Positions 27,187 through 41,500 of a stretch of 64,000 nt of DNA are shown here, one piece after another. Each line of letters starts with the position of its first letter. Within the stretch, counting starts at the first letter, position 1. Below the pieces are notes generated by a model, which did not search any database, was not told where the DNA came from, and saw only the letters and a program-made list of their open reading frames with translations. Origin of the DNA: Chrysomallon squamiferum (taxonomy: Eukaryota > Animalia > Mollusca); contig CM022665.1 in the NCBI GenBank assembly GCA_012295275.1, positions 16,740,001-16,804,000 on the forward strand, in the 5' to 3' direction. The position numbers and the translations under genes were made by a program.

Positions 27187-30100
27187 ATAATTTTATTTTA
27201 ATTTGTTTTCATTTAGAGGCATTTTATATCATATTTTGTTTTATTTTAATTTAACTTAAAGTACATGTGATTTATTTTTATTTCTCAATTTAGAGAGAGA
27301 GCGGAAGAATTAAAAATATACACACATTGTACTTAACTAACAAAGTGAAAATAGATATCACTAATTATAGAGTGAAAATTTAAAATGGCATAACTAAAGT
27401 TAAAATAAAATATACTACTTAATACAAATATTTAAAAAACTGAAATAAAACTGTATAATATAAAATTACAAAATCTAATTAAATGGTCTGAACTGAAAAG
27501 TAAAATAATAAATTACATAACCAGAATTTCAAAAATTAATAGGATGCAGTTTAGAATTATTTTATTCTGTAAACTAGATTAACTAATTAATATGCCTGTA
27601 AGCACAGTCATAAGAAGAGCAACATGTACAAACCTAATTTTATTTGATTTTTCTTCTCCAGATTTAAGTCTGTCCTTCTCAACAATGACACAACATCGAT
27701 CATATAAACCACACATGGTCTGGATTCGTTCAATCAACTTCTTACGATTAGCACCATTACAAAAATCTGAAATTATGGTTTTACTTCATGTTAATGTATA
27801 AATAAAATTTCTTTTTTTTAATAATATGCATTGTGTATTTACACACACACACACACATTTTATTCTTTCTTTTTATTAAATATAAAACAAGACATAATTA
27901 AAATTAAAAAAAAAAAAAAAAAAAAAATTAAATATTTATAATTAACATGAGTATTTCAGTAATATAATTAGTAAAATGAGTAAAAAAATTAAATGAATAA
28001 ATACACAATGTTTTTTTTTTTTTTTTTTTAAATTAGATATTTAAAATATAAATAATGAAGCAAACCAATGAATAATTTTGTGCAAACCTGACCACAACTT
28101 TCTGTCAACAGCCAGTCTATTACTGAGAATGTAATCACAGGCTTTGAGTTGCCTAGCAACAACATAACAGTTGTGCTGTAGTCGTAAAGATGATACAATA
28201 TCCTGTAGCAAAAAATCAACACATTAAACATATATTCTGAAATTAATACAAAAAACACAGATATGTACAGATACATACATACATACATCCATACATAAAT
28301 ATACACGCACAAACACAGATACATACTGCTGACCCTTGATTTTATGGACTAATAGAGGGGTGTTCCAGTCCAGAAAATGCAAAAGTCTGGGAAATCACAA
28401 ATGTAAACATTAACCCTAAAATTTACTTAAACATTAAACTTTATTATTCTTAGCAGCTTTATAATACAATAAAACAACAATGTAAAAATATTCAGGCATA
28501 AAAGCTATGTAAGAAAATGTATATGTGAAGAAAAATGTACATTGAAAAAATATAGGCTAGGTTGGGTGAAGTTTGTTTGTTTAGTATGGTTATGGGTGCA
28601 GTTGTAAAAATTACTCTTACCTTGATGGAAAGTCAGTTGAAAGATGGTTGCAATTATGGCAACAGGACATACATATGCATGCACACACACACACACACAC
28701 ATGCACACACACATACTGGGTTGAAAAACAAGTTCAAAGGAATTTTTAAAGTGAAATTCAAAGACAATGTTCAGATATTTGTACACAGATTTATTCAACT
28801 ATATGTTTATGTATTTATGCATACCTGTGCACCACTTATTTCTTTTGAGTCAACTAGCACAACAAGCCTTCCATTGATTTGCGCTGAGTTCTATTCAATG
28901 AAAGAAATAAAAAAATAATTTGAAAATATTTAAAATAAAAATAATTTTAACAATATTTTTAAATGAATGCCTGCCAAAAAGAATATATAACTGTTTGCTA
29001 TGTACTTTATGGTAATAGTTATAAATAACAACAACAAAACAAACAAACAAAACTAAATAAGGAAAGAAAAAAAATAATAAAAAAAATATATATATAATAA
29101 AATTAATTACAACTCATAAATTCATGAAAAAATAAAAAACATTAATGCCACACACACACACACACACACACATTTTTTTAAACAAAAGCTGGTATTTATG
29201 TGGGAAAATAAACACACAAAAAAAATATAAATAAATCAATAAAAAATTATATAAAATATACAATTTTATGAAAACTATTGTTAAAATAACAAAAAAAGTA
29301 AATAATTATAAATGACTAAAATTACCAGTGGTTTTGTAAGTACAGCACTGTCCATTTCTTCATCATTAAAACAACCTGATGTAGGTGCATCTTCAACTGA
29401 ATGTACTCTCTTTTTATTTACTTCATCTCCAGTATTATTTTTTTTCAGTGTTCTGCCTGCATCTTCCTCCCTGCAAACATTTTCCAAAAAAAGATGTTTC
29501 TGTTTTAATAACAGATTTTGCTTGAATTCATCCTGTTTCAGTTTCTGTTTCCTCAAACGCTCAATGCGATCTCTTCTTGCTGAATCAAAGTCTGAATTCC
29601 AGTTAACATCAGCAGTTTCACAGACATCAGTTGATGTTTTATTTAAATCATCTACCATTTTATTAATATTAAATTTTGTATTTGTGACAGCAGATCTAAT
29701 CACAGTGCTCTTTCTGCAGTTCTCATTCTGTTTCATGCCAGGCAGATTTGAACTATATCTCACTCCTATATCTACTTCACTTAAATATTTTGTTTCTTTA
29801 GTTACAAAGTCAGCAGTATCTAACTTTTTACTTATACTAGTCTTCAATTTATTTTCTGAATTTGTACAATTAGACTTTTCATTTATACAAATGTTGTTAT
29901 TGGACATTCTGAAATCCAATTTTTTATTTAAACAAATCATATTTTTGTTTCTTGAGTTTGCTGAATCTGCCTTTTCATTTAAAGGAGACACATTCTTAGC
30001 TTCAGTCCTACTAGTAGATTTTTCATAAACAGACTGATTTTTTTCAAAAGGAGATTTAGCTGGACTCTCATTTTCACTGCTAGAAAGAATAATGTGGACA

Positions 30101-33100
30101 GCTTTTTTTCTTGGTACAGATAAATCATTTTCAACATGTTGAGACTTAATAATCACTCTTTGTTCATCTTCACTGGATGAGTCAGAAAATTTACAAATTC
30201 TTTTTTTCCCTTTAATGATTCTGGTTTTCTTCTGATGTCTGCTTTTATGTCTTTGAGGTGTAATTTCATCCTCTTGTTCATTATTGCTACAATCTGGAGT
30301 AGAATGAAAAAATAAAATTTTAAAAAGAAATGTGATTTATAATTCAATTCATAAACTGGACTAAAAAATTGATTTTGTATTTCATGACATTTTGATTATG
30401 CATTAGCTCAGTTACATATGAAATCAATTAATAAACACACACACACACACACACACATTACAGAAAATATGTATAATTCCTGAACTGAATGTAATGTGGC
30501 CAGTTGGTGTTGGTCCCAGGATAACCTAAGCATCCACAGAGCCAAGTGTCTAGGAGATAATAATATATCTGAATGGACTTCAGTTTCAAAACTTCACTTT
30601 TCACAGTGAAATTGTTCCCCCACCCCCCACATTTTGTAGCACTGTTGGGTTCTGATCCTTGCATTGGCCTGTTATCATCTAACCTCCTTTATGAAATTTG
30701 CCATCAATTGCAGTCAGAGGATGATCTACTTGCAACAATGCATTGCCATTTCCTAGGTGAATCAGAATTTATGTGCATTTTCTGAAATTTTCAGGAAATA
30801 TACCTATTTCCTGATGATACATATTTCCTGTAACATATATACATTACTATTGATTAAAATGTGAAAAAACAGTTCAAGATATTCACAAAGATGTGCATGT
30901 AACATCAACCAAGTTATGTTAGATTTGATTTATTAGTTTGCTACTAATCAGTAAAAGAAGTTCAAGTAACATGATTTTAGCAACTAACAGTTGTTTGTCA
31001 ACTTACAACTGTCTTCAAAATCAGTGGCCACACAGAAACTGTCTTCTATGTAGTGGGAGTCACCTTCTGGAGGAATCTGAGAAAAAACATCAATGTTGCG
31101 CTTCCTTGGTAATCGCATATTCCTTGTCATTGGACTGACCACAGATTTAAGATACACAGCATGCATATCTGATCACGGAAAGAAAGAGAGAATTTAAAAC
31201 TTAAAAACAGCCCTGTATGTAAAGTTTTACAAGTCTTTATTAATTGTAACAGTAATGGACTCTAGTTCTGGTGTCTTTTATATAAAAACAAATTAAAATT
31301 TTAATCTACCAAAATTATAACTTTTTGTTCTTTCTATGTTGGATTAAATAACGATCATATTTCACTTTGGTGTTTTAATATATCTAGGAATTTTTATATT
31401 TATTAAATGAAATATTTAAGACAACTTTAAATATTTTCTATTGTGTTGTTGTTGTTGTTATTATTATAAATGTGTTCATTTTTTTTTGTTTTTGAAAGAG
31501 TATGGTGGAAGGGGAATAATTCAACTTACCAATACCCTTCTGGGTCATCTCAGTCATGTCATTAACGAAACTTTCTTCATAGAGGTCCATGTCACTGTTG
31601 TCTTCATCACTGGAACCACCCTCATCTCCTGACAATTCTGCCTCATAGTCAATGTAATGACACAGCTTGTGCTACATGAAGAGAATTTTTGAAAAAAAAT
31701 TCCCACAGATGATTTTTTATTGATATTTTATAACAAATGAATACTTCACAAACATCTTAAAATTTCTGTATTAACAGTTCTTGTCATCATGATAATGCTA
31801 ATGATAATAATAATTTAAAGAAATGTTATGATTCATTTTGTACATGGACAATTATAATCAGTTGGGTTACATTTTAATATCATTCTTTATAGCAAAAAAA
31901 AAAAAAAAATTAAAAAAATTAATTAAAGCTGAAAGTGAATATTCTATATGCATATTTCTTCCTTAAAAAAAAAATTAAAAAATTAATTACCCCCCTTTAA
32001 AAAAATACACTTACAATAAATTATATAATTCTGTACATTCAAAAATACTAAAATGTCATATGCCAAATTTTAATACAAATACAGACTGGTTGAAAATAAT
32101 AATAATATTTTAATTAGAATTAATATTAAAGAACTAACCTTTTTCTTATTATTCTTTTTCAAGCAGACTGATTTTGGTTTAGCTAAATGTTTCTTCTGAT
32201 GTTCGCCTTCTAATGAATATTAACATTACAGTAGATCAATTTTCATTTGTAAAGTAAAATTGTTAAAATATGATTAAGAAATGGAAAAGAAAGAAAATAA
32301 AAACAAACAAGAAAGTCTAACAAAGAAATATATCTTTAAAAAAAAAAGAGAAAAAAAATCTTATAATTTTAAAACATTTCTGCAAACATTTAAAAAAATA
32401 TTTCTTAAAACAGGGTTAATCACAGTATAACATTTTACTGAAACTTTAAAATAATTTTCTGATTTTATAATTGAACAAACCCACTCTTGCTGTTACTTTT
32501 TCATTATTTCATACCATTAACTAATAAAAATGTGATTAAGATTTGCTTTGTGAAAATAACAAAACAAAACCTATTTTTATTAAATTCATATGTCAAAGTG
32601 GCTAGCTTTAAGAAAATAAATTCAGCAAATTATAGATTTAAACTATAATTTTAAATCTGATGTCAGTGTTAAACTAAAATAAACAAAACAAAACAAAACC
32701 ATACAACTGAAAAGATGTCTTTAACGCTTTACTTAAACATGGACCGTTCAGTTCAATTTTACATATATTTCCATTATTTTTTATATTTCACTATATAATC
32801 ATTCAACTATTATCATTTTGACATTACCAATAAAATCATCACTATCATCATCATCAATCTGATCCAGGGGAAACCACTGCACTTGATGTTTTGCTTTTCT
32901 TGTCTGAAACTCATCATTAGAATAAAAAAAATAAAAAAATAAAAAAATGTTTATTATATATTTACATACACAGACAGACAGACATACTTGCAACAATCCC
33001 ACCAAGTAAAATTAGTTAATATTAACATATCATATTTATAAATTCCAATAAAAACAATAATAATTATAAAAGTTGAGCATAGCAATTCTAAGTACATTAA

Positions 33101-36100
33101 CACCTTCAATGCTGAATGACGGAGATCTCTGCAATGCAATATGTACAAGATAATGATGTACATGCTAATGATGGTGATCTCCATCAAACTTTTAAAACTG
33201 CTGTGCATTAGTGACGTGACTTCCAGTGCTGACGTAGGCAATTACTGATCTACTTCAGGCTTCCCCGCCATTCAGAAAATAATGGTGAGTATGAGCAGAA
33301 ACTTGTTTCAATTTGCGAAAATCCCCAAAATGCCCAGCACCAAAGGAATTAATGATGTTTCAGGGTATTTTTCAAAGCTAATAACTTTATGTATTATTAA
33401 GATATTGAACTGAAATTTGCTATGTTACATATTTCATATTTTGTGCATATCTCTGATAGCTTTTGACCAAGAGACACATGGTCAAATCACCACAGGTATG
33501 CATGCACATTGTTTTGCATTCTGTTATTTTTTTTTCAACTTTAACTACATTTTATTATTTTTATGGATTCAGAAAATCTTTCACATAAAGAAACATCCGT
33601 AGGTACATACATCAAATCAACAAACCATTTGTATCTATGACAAATAATAAAAAAGTAATAGACCTCCACCAAAATATAACAAATATAAGATTAAAAAAAC
33701 TAAACTTCAAATGTCTCCTGGTCAAAAACTATCACAGATATGTATAAAATGAGTCCATTTTAATATGTGACAGAGCACGTTTCAGCTCAATATCTTTATA
33801 ATAGTTAAAGTTATTAGCATTCAAACATAGCCCAAAACAACTTGACAAAGTTGCGAGTGCCAAAAATGGGATGACAGGTCTTACATTTGATCAACCATAA
33901 CTTCAAAACAAAATAAGAATTTGGTCCCAAAATTTTGCATGTTTCCATCATTTAAATGGATGCTCAAATGAATGAAATTTTATCAAAATTGGAGATTGTC
34001 ACCTGGGAAATTTTGTTGTTTTGGCATGGATCCATTAGCAAATTGGATTTACTGTGTTTATGAATTACCTGTTGTTTGTTTTTCTCTTCACTGTAATGAA
34101 TCCTAAATCCTGAAATATTAAAATAATAATAATAATAATAATGAAAACAACAACAACAGGAGATAAATTCAAAATGGCTGTAGACGTTTAACCTAAACAA
34201 CACTGACAAAGGTAATCACCATTTCTAAGGCAGTTGTCTGCCAGTGAATTACTGACAGCTCACACTGTATATATAATTACTTACCACCTGATGGGGCAGG
34301 CGAGTCAGAAGATGAATCCAAAATGGCTGCAGACTTCTTTTTCTTTTTCACCAGAAAAAACTCTTCAACATCGCTATCAAGTTCTGAACATACAAAAAAG
34401 AAAAAGAAATAATAAATTAATTAATAAATAAATAATAGAAAGTAAAAAAGAAAGAAAAATAAACACATCTGTAATTAATGACAGCAGTAATAATACTGAA
34501 AATTCAAAGTGAAAACTTTTGAGAAATAATATCTTTTAAACAGAATAGTAACGCTATTTTAAAAGTATTCTTTAAAAAACAAAATAATAACAACAATTTT
34601 TTTTTTTAAATTTAAACTTTTATGAAATTTAAAAATAAAGAATAATAATTTTGTTTGTGATTAAAATGTGATAAAAACAATTTTTGAAACAGTACGCTTT
34701 TGCCTAAATACATTTATTTTTACTTATTTCAAAAGTTCTCTATTTCCATTATTTTCTCTGATTATTACTATTTCTGAAATGAGTATGAAAGAGACACCCA
34801 GAAGCAAGTGAAACCTAACACTGAGAGAGTCAGCCAGACAAACACACAGACACAGAGATAGAGACAGACAAAGTTAATATCAGTAAACCTTGGACAGATG
34901 ATGCTCCTGACACATTCAAATTAGATTCACTAGAACTTTTCTTAGAAGTGTCACATGCTGCAGGTGAGGTGCGAATGTCTCTTTTGCCTTTTGTCAGAGA
35001 CGGTGGGCCGATTCTTTTCCTTCTGGAAGTTTCAGATTCATTGGATGCATCCATCTTGGATATTTCTTGTACAGAGGTATTACTCTTGATACATTCCTGT
35101 TTTATACTGCATTTATCATCAGGAGTCTGCAGTATTGACAAGTTAGGTTTATTTCCAGAAATTACACCTTTTGGAGTGCTGCTTCTTAGCTTAAATTCAT
35201 CCATTTTAACAAGAATAGGAGTGGATGGCTCTGTTATGGGAGATTTTGACAGACTCTTATAATGGAAAGGTGATTTTTGCTCTTTGTTATACAGAAAGGA
35301 ATTCTTCTTGTTCTCATTTGGAGATTTTGAATGCTTGTTTTGAATAAAAGGGATTTTTGGCTCCTTTGTGCATAAAATAGGAGATTCAGACTTCCTACTG
35401 ATTAGAATAGGAGATTTTGATAGTCTTTTGTGAAGTGCTGGAGATTTTGGCTTCTTATTATTCTGAAAAGAGGTTTCTGCAGGTGACGTTGAAAGTTTTT
35501 TGTCAGAAACTGATGTTGTTGTCGACTCAGAATGGAAATTAACAGCAGTTTTTACTTTTTTGTTGCTAAGTAAAAGAGATTTACATTTTGTGGAATTTTC
35601 TTCAGTGTTATGCACTTCTTGGTTAAGAATATTATTATTATTTTTTGTTAACTTTCTATGTCTATTCTTGTTTGAATCACATTGAGTCTGCTTGTAGGAG
35701 TATCCATCACACATGTGAGGTCTCAACAGGGATGGTGAAAATGGACATGAATGGAATGCATCATCATCATCATCAAAACTTGGTAAAGTTTCTTTTTCAA
35801 ATTCTACTAGCTTATGAGGAGGAGCTATACTGGAGTCATTTTGAAAAAGTGATCTGTGAGATTTATTTGACAAGGTACGGTTGGATCGAAGAAATGAAAA
35901 CCTGCTGTAGGAAAGAGATGCAGATGGTGATGGAGGTACAATGTCTTCATCAAGGTCAAATTCAAGATCAAACTTTGGCAGAGCAAAGTCTCCATCAAAA
36001 TTACCCAATTCTTCAGAATTGCTAAGTTTCTTTGAAGTGTTATGAGATGTTGGTTCATCAGAGGAGTTATTTATATCATGAAATATTATGTTTGGTTTGT

Positions 36101-38494
36101 CTGAAATCTGATTATCAGAAACTGATGAAGGTAGATTTTTTTGTAGGTTTCACTATCTTCTGATTTAAAAATGTTTTGGGAATCACAAACATTTGAACAC
36201 TTCAGTTTATTGGAATCATTTAAAACCATTTTTACATCAGCGTTTCTGCTTTGAGGATTCACCCCATGGTCTACTTTTTCAGAAACAGTTTTTACAAATT
36301 CATCATCATTTTGTAAGAAGCTGGAACTGAAAACCATTGATGTGTTTGATAAAGGTGTACAATGCTGTTTTGTTTGTAAAGGTGTTTTGGAATCTCTCTC
36401 ATTTCCTGGTGTAGTGTCGATGAGAGCCAGTGCTTGTGTAAATGTCACACCGTCAGATATTTTTACATCTTGAGAGTTCTCCATTTCTGGAGTTACAAAG
36501 ATATCATCATTCAAGTCATCCACAAAAAATGAATCAAAGAATGGGTCAGTGAATGAATCTGTTTTCTCTGTTTTGTCTGGATAACATTTTGAAGATATGT
36601 TATTCACCTCATCCATATTTCTGTCTGCATTATGCTCATTAGTTATATTTGATCTTGAAAAATCTTCAGAAGCATCTTTTGAAGCTGCACATATATGATC
36701 TTTACATGTGTAAGATGCTAATTTTTTATTACCACTTTCTTTCTCAGTGTCATTATGAGTTGTTCTCTCCTGTTTATGTTTATCTATTTCATTATAAGCA
36801 CTGGTAAAAACTGAAGAATCTTTAACATTTTTTGACATATCAATACTTTCCAAATTCATCAGATCTGCAGTTCTGTCAACATTTTCCATCCTGCTGAAAA
36901 CATCTCCTGCGCTGCCATTAAATTCTCTTTTTTCAGTTTCATCCCAATCCAGTCTATGTGCATGTTTTGTAGATTTCAACATAGTAAACTTTTCAACTGT
37001 TTCCTTGTCTGAAGGATCACTAGAATCATCACTGAGCAGTTCAAAATCAACCACTATATTCAGGTCTTCCATTTCTTCTTCATCTATACAGTGATTACCA
37101 CTCCTCCATTCTTCAACCAACAATTCAAGATTAAGCTGTGGCAGGTGAGATTTGTTAGCTAAAGAGTTAAATACTTCACTGAGTTCATCAACAGAGGGAG
37201 GAGTTGGGATACGGAATGTGCTGGAAGAATATGACTCACAAGCAGAAGTAGATTTGAATGTCTGTACATCAAACTTTGATTTTCCTGTCTTGTTAATCTC
37301 TTGCAATGACTTTCCAGCATAATCATCAGTTTCCATTCTGTTCACTGCATCAGATATGTTAGCTTTCATCATTACTGACTGTTCATGTTCAATTATTTCA
37401 TGAGTTTGCATTACACTGGCTCCAGTCACTTCAGTTTTCTCTTTAATTTTCATGGTCTTATCTTCTTCATATATAGATTCTCCATCTTGAAAATCATCCT
37501 CAGAATCATCTGTAATCATCTCTATGATTGGCTTCTTTTCACTTTTTCTGTGCTCTTTCACCTTAACTCTGCTTCTAACTTTATCTTTTGGGCTTGATCT
37601 AACTTCCTTTGACTTTGCTTCCATCTCTTTAGTATTTGAATCTTTTTTCTCTGAATTAATTTCTTTAGTTTTTATTCCTGTTGGATTTGAGGTGGATGCT
37701 TTTCCTCCTGGATCAAACACTGGAAGATTGTCATGATTTCTGACTGGATCACTTTCAGATTCAATTACTGGAAGAAGCTCGCTTCTTTTTGGTTTTATTG
37801 TTCTGTCATTAGCTGTTTTTCTCTTACATTTCGCCATGATTATTTCTCTATCATCAGTTTTATCTTTTCTAGAATAGAATTTTAGAATTCCTTGATCTGA
37901 CTGTTCTGTATGATCTGGCTTTAGAATGTCATTTTCATTTAGAAATATTTTCATTTCGATGCCATAATTGTCTTCCTCAACTGGAAGAGATTCTGAAAAA
38001 TAACATCAATGTCAATTCTAAAAATATTATGCTTGTTTTTACATTTATTTACTTATATTTTACTTATATAATTTTCTTTTTATGATTTGTTTCTTTATTC
38101 TTTTCTTGCTTTCTGTTTTTTTTTTTTATGTAAGTAGAATTATATGAATGAATGAATGAAATGTTGGCTTCACAGCTCAAGACCTGTTTATTTTAAGCAT
38201 CAACCAAATGACAAAATTGTATAATAATAACAGAAAAATGTGATATTTTTGAGACTGACCATAATAGTTAAATACAGTTTATTTGCAAATATTCAGTAAA
38301 ATCTGAAATATAAATTCAGTTAAACCTTCCAGTGCAAATATATACAAGCGATGTATTAAAACATAAATAAATAAATAAATAAATAAACAAACAAAAAAGC
38401 AAATAAAATAAAATAGAGGAGAGCAGAGCAGAGCAGAGCAAAGCAGAATAGAGTAAAGTCAAGTAAAATAAAAAAAATAATGATTAAATAAAAA

Positions 38495-38525
<31 letters not shown>

Positions 38526-41500
38526 TAATAAAAAACAAAACAAGTTTTGAAAAATTTTCTTAATTGCAGATTTCAGATTGTGGACTTGTATCCAAAAGAA
38601 AAACTTGCTCTGTGGATTACATTAATTCTGAAATTTAAACAAAGATAAGGACTGACGCTGTAGTTCTATAAACTCCATCAGTTCTACCAAGTGCTGTGAT
38701 TTCAGAGAATGGTCAACGAGATAAGCTTTCTGAAGACGATTTTGCCATGGAAGCCATTCTGTGAGTGAGAGTTTATTTTGTAAAGATGTTTCTTCATCAC
38801 TGCCTTCTTCGTCCTACAAAATATTGATATATTCGATTCATCTTTTTTTGTCAATTAGAGTCTGCATTTGTCCATTGTGATAGTTTTATGTGAATGTATT
38901 AGTGAATGATGACTGAATATGATGTTTTTGCAGCAAAAGTAGCCTACAGCATGTATATTTCTGGATTTGTGGTATAGATAGAGTAAAAGTGGCTCCTAGT
39001 TTGTAAATTCAAATGTGTGTGTATCAAATAGGTATGTCTGGGGCATAAAAAATGCCAAATCTCTCTGTCTTGTTGTGTACAAATGTAAGTAAATATACAT
39101 GTCCCTTATGTGTAATTTATTTATGGTATACATAGTGCTTGTGTGAAAGTTTAAGTGTATGGCATGTGCATAAGGGACTTTACTTGTATATCTCTTCTGT
39201 GTTTATGTGAATAAAAATAAACAAGAAAGTAAGTGTTTAATACATCACCTTGTTTGAATTAGGATTATAAAGGAAACGACTCTCTGGTAATATTTTAATT
39301 TCCTCCTCAGGTAAAAGATATTCCTTCAATTCTTCAAATTCTTCTCTGGTTATTCCTCCATCCTCTTCTACAGCAGATCGTTTAGCTTTGAAAAGCCAGA
39401 AAATTCAGTTTAAATATTATTCCTTTATAGGTAGAAGAAAAATATCTGAAAGATTCTTTTATAATACTGAGATCCATGATGAATGATAACATCAAAGGAA
39501 AATATGTAACTGAGTATATTTAATTATTGTACATTAATTGTATCACTGAACAAACATATATATTCAGTATATTTTGTAAACATTCAGATGATCCTTTTAT
39601 TTGTCAAAAAACATGCAATTTAAACAAATAGCCCAAACATTTTGCATTCCTTTGAAACATTATTATTTATTTTTGTTTATCTTAGAACTAATTTTGGCTA
39701 ATGACAAAGAAAGGCAATTATAAGAAAAGCCTGGAATAATTTATTAACCACAGGCTTGTTGTTCTTTGCTAAGTATTTGATCTGATGTAATACTGCAAAT
39801 AAAAATATAAAAAGTATGCATCTTTTTAAAGAAAGCACAAAGACAATGACCACTAATACATTTATCATGGGAAACTGGCCAATTACTAAGTTAAAAACAA
39901 ATATGCAACATACCATAATTCTTAATGTTTCCAGTTTTCATATTTTTGTGATTGTTTTGTTTATTTTTTTTACTGGGAAGATCCACCTGTTTGACAGTCA
40001 TAAACATTTTGTGACATGTAGGTACAAGGCCTTCAGGAAACATTCTCTGGTTGTACTTGTAGAAATGCAGAGATTTAGCTCCATTCAGAATAGCTTTGTG
40101 AATACTCTTCTTGGAGTACTGACTTTGATTGTAAATCTTAAAGTAAAAATAATTTTAAAATATAGAATTTTTGTAGAATGCTGAAAACAGATGAAAGAGA
40201 ACTAAATTAAATTACGGAAGCATGACTAAGTAAACCCCATAGGAAGAAGAATACATTTTTAATATTAAATAAGATAAATGTTTTTTTTTAAATATTATAT
40301 ATCCATGCTGCTGATGTTTTTAAATTTATCAAATTGGTACAAATGTCTAATACTGTCTTTAAATTTCACTTACAAAATGCTGTGAATATTTGTTCCAACT
40401 CAATACAATCATGTCAAGAATAATTCAAGTAATAAAGAACATAATATATAGATATTTCAAAAATCATTAAATTTGATATTCTTGACAAATGAAAAATTAA
40501 TCTAGATGTGGTTGTTAGCCCTCAGATATATTAATAAATCTGACTGCTGCGTACAGTGCAATTACTAGCAGCGTACAGTGCAATTACTAGCAGCTGTATA
40601 CAGCAGAAGAAATTTTATTTTAAATTTAAAAGACATAGCTAGTAAGACTAACTTGTTCTTCTTTGCCTTCTGTGACAAGCATGACAATTCTTCCTTCTCT
40701 CTTTCTGCCTGTTCTGCCCATTCTCTGAATGAGTCGTATTGGTGATTTATGAGCATCAAAACAAATTATCAAATCAACATCACCAATGTCCAAACCTTCT
40801 TCCCCAACACAGGTAGACACTAGAGTATTGTAGCCACCTTCTCTGAATGCTTTCATAACCTGTTAAAGATTTTTCTAATTGTAAATTTAAAAATTCAAAA
40901 TTCCTCATCCTTTTAGTGCATACATTTTTATTGTTACTGAAACGTTAAATCATAATTATAATTATTTTGCCTGTAATATGTGTTTACATTTAGTGTTATA
41001 ATATTCAGTTATATGTATGTCAAAATAACTGATTTCTGTTATTGAAAATCAGACTGTAACATGATACCATGGCTTTACTCCTGACACAGCCATATCTGTT
41101 ATTATTAAATTTTTAAATTTTAAATTTTTAAAGTAAAAAGAAAAAAAGAAATTAAAAGTAATTTTCTGCAAAGACTAGATAGGAGCAAACTTGATTAACT
41201 GGTGGAATAGTTTGCGGCAGGTATTTTCTAGGTACAGAAAAGTGCATTTAATATCTCTATTGTTAATTTATTACTGTACTACTTAACCTTTCTGATATAA
41301 AACAAATACGTCCAACACTTAACAAGATTAGAATTAATGTGCTATAAATCAAAACATGTCTCCTACCTTTAACTGTTCTTTCTGAGTGAAACCTTTTCCA
41401 ACACGTCCAGTTGATGACTGACCAATGAAACTCATCACCATGACCAGTGGACTGTGTCTACTCAGCATGTTTCTGATTTCTTCCACGCTGTCTCGGTACT

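Noticed and set aside
29312-30028. 238 aa plus-strand ORF, and similar antisense ORFs over FANCM, MAP10 and TARBP1 exons
   Set aside because: Antisense shadows of long real exons, with no independent motifs.
30153-30347. ORF-track ORF suggesting another FANCM frameshift at the T7 run (30201-30207)
   Set aside because: The exon starts in phase 1 (cag|AT TGT AGC..) and reads continuously GGG AAA AAA AGA ATT TGT into the 29281-30156 frame; there is no frameshift.
39470-39555. Box C (ATGATGA) plus CTGA motifs resembling a C/D snoRNA
   Set aside because: Antisense to the host gene FANCM, no terminal stem and no recognisable rRNA guide.
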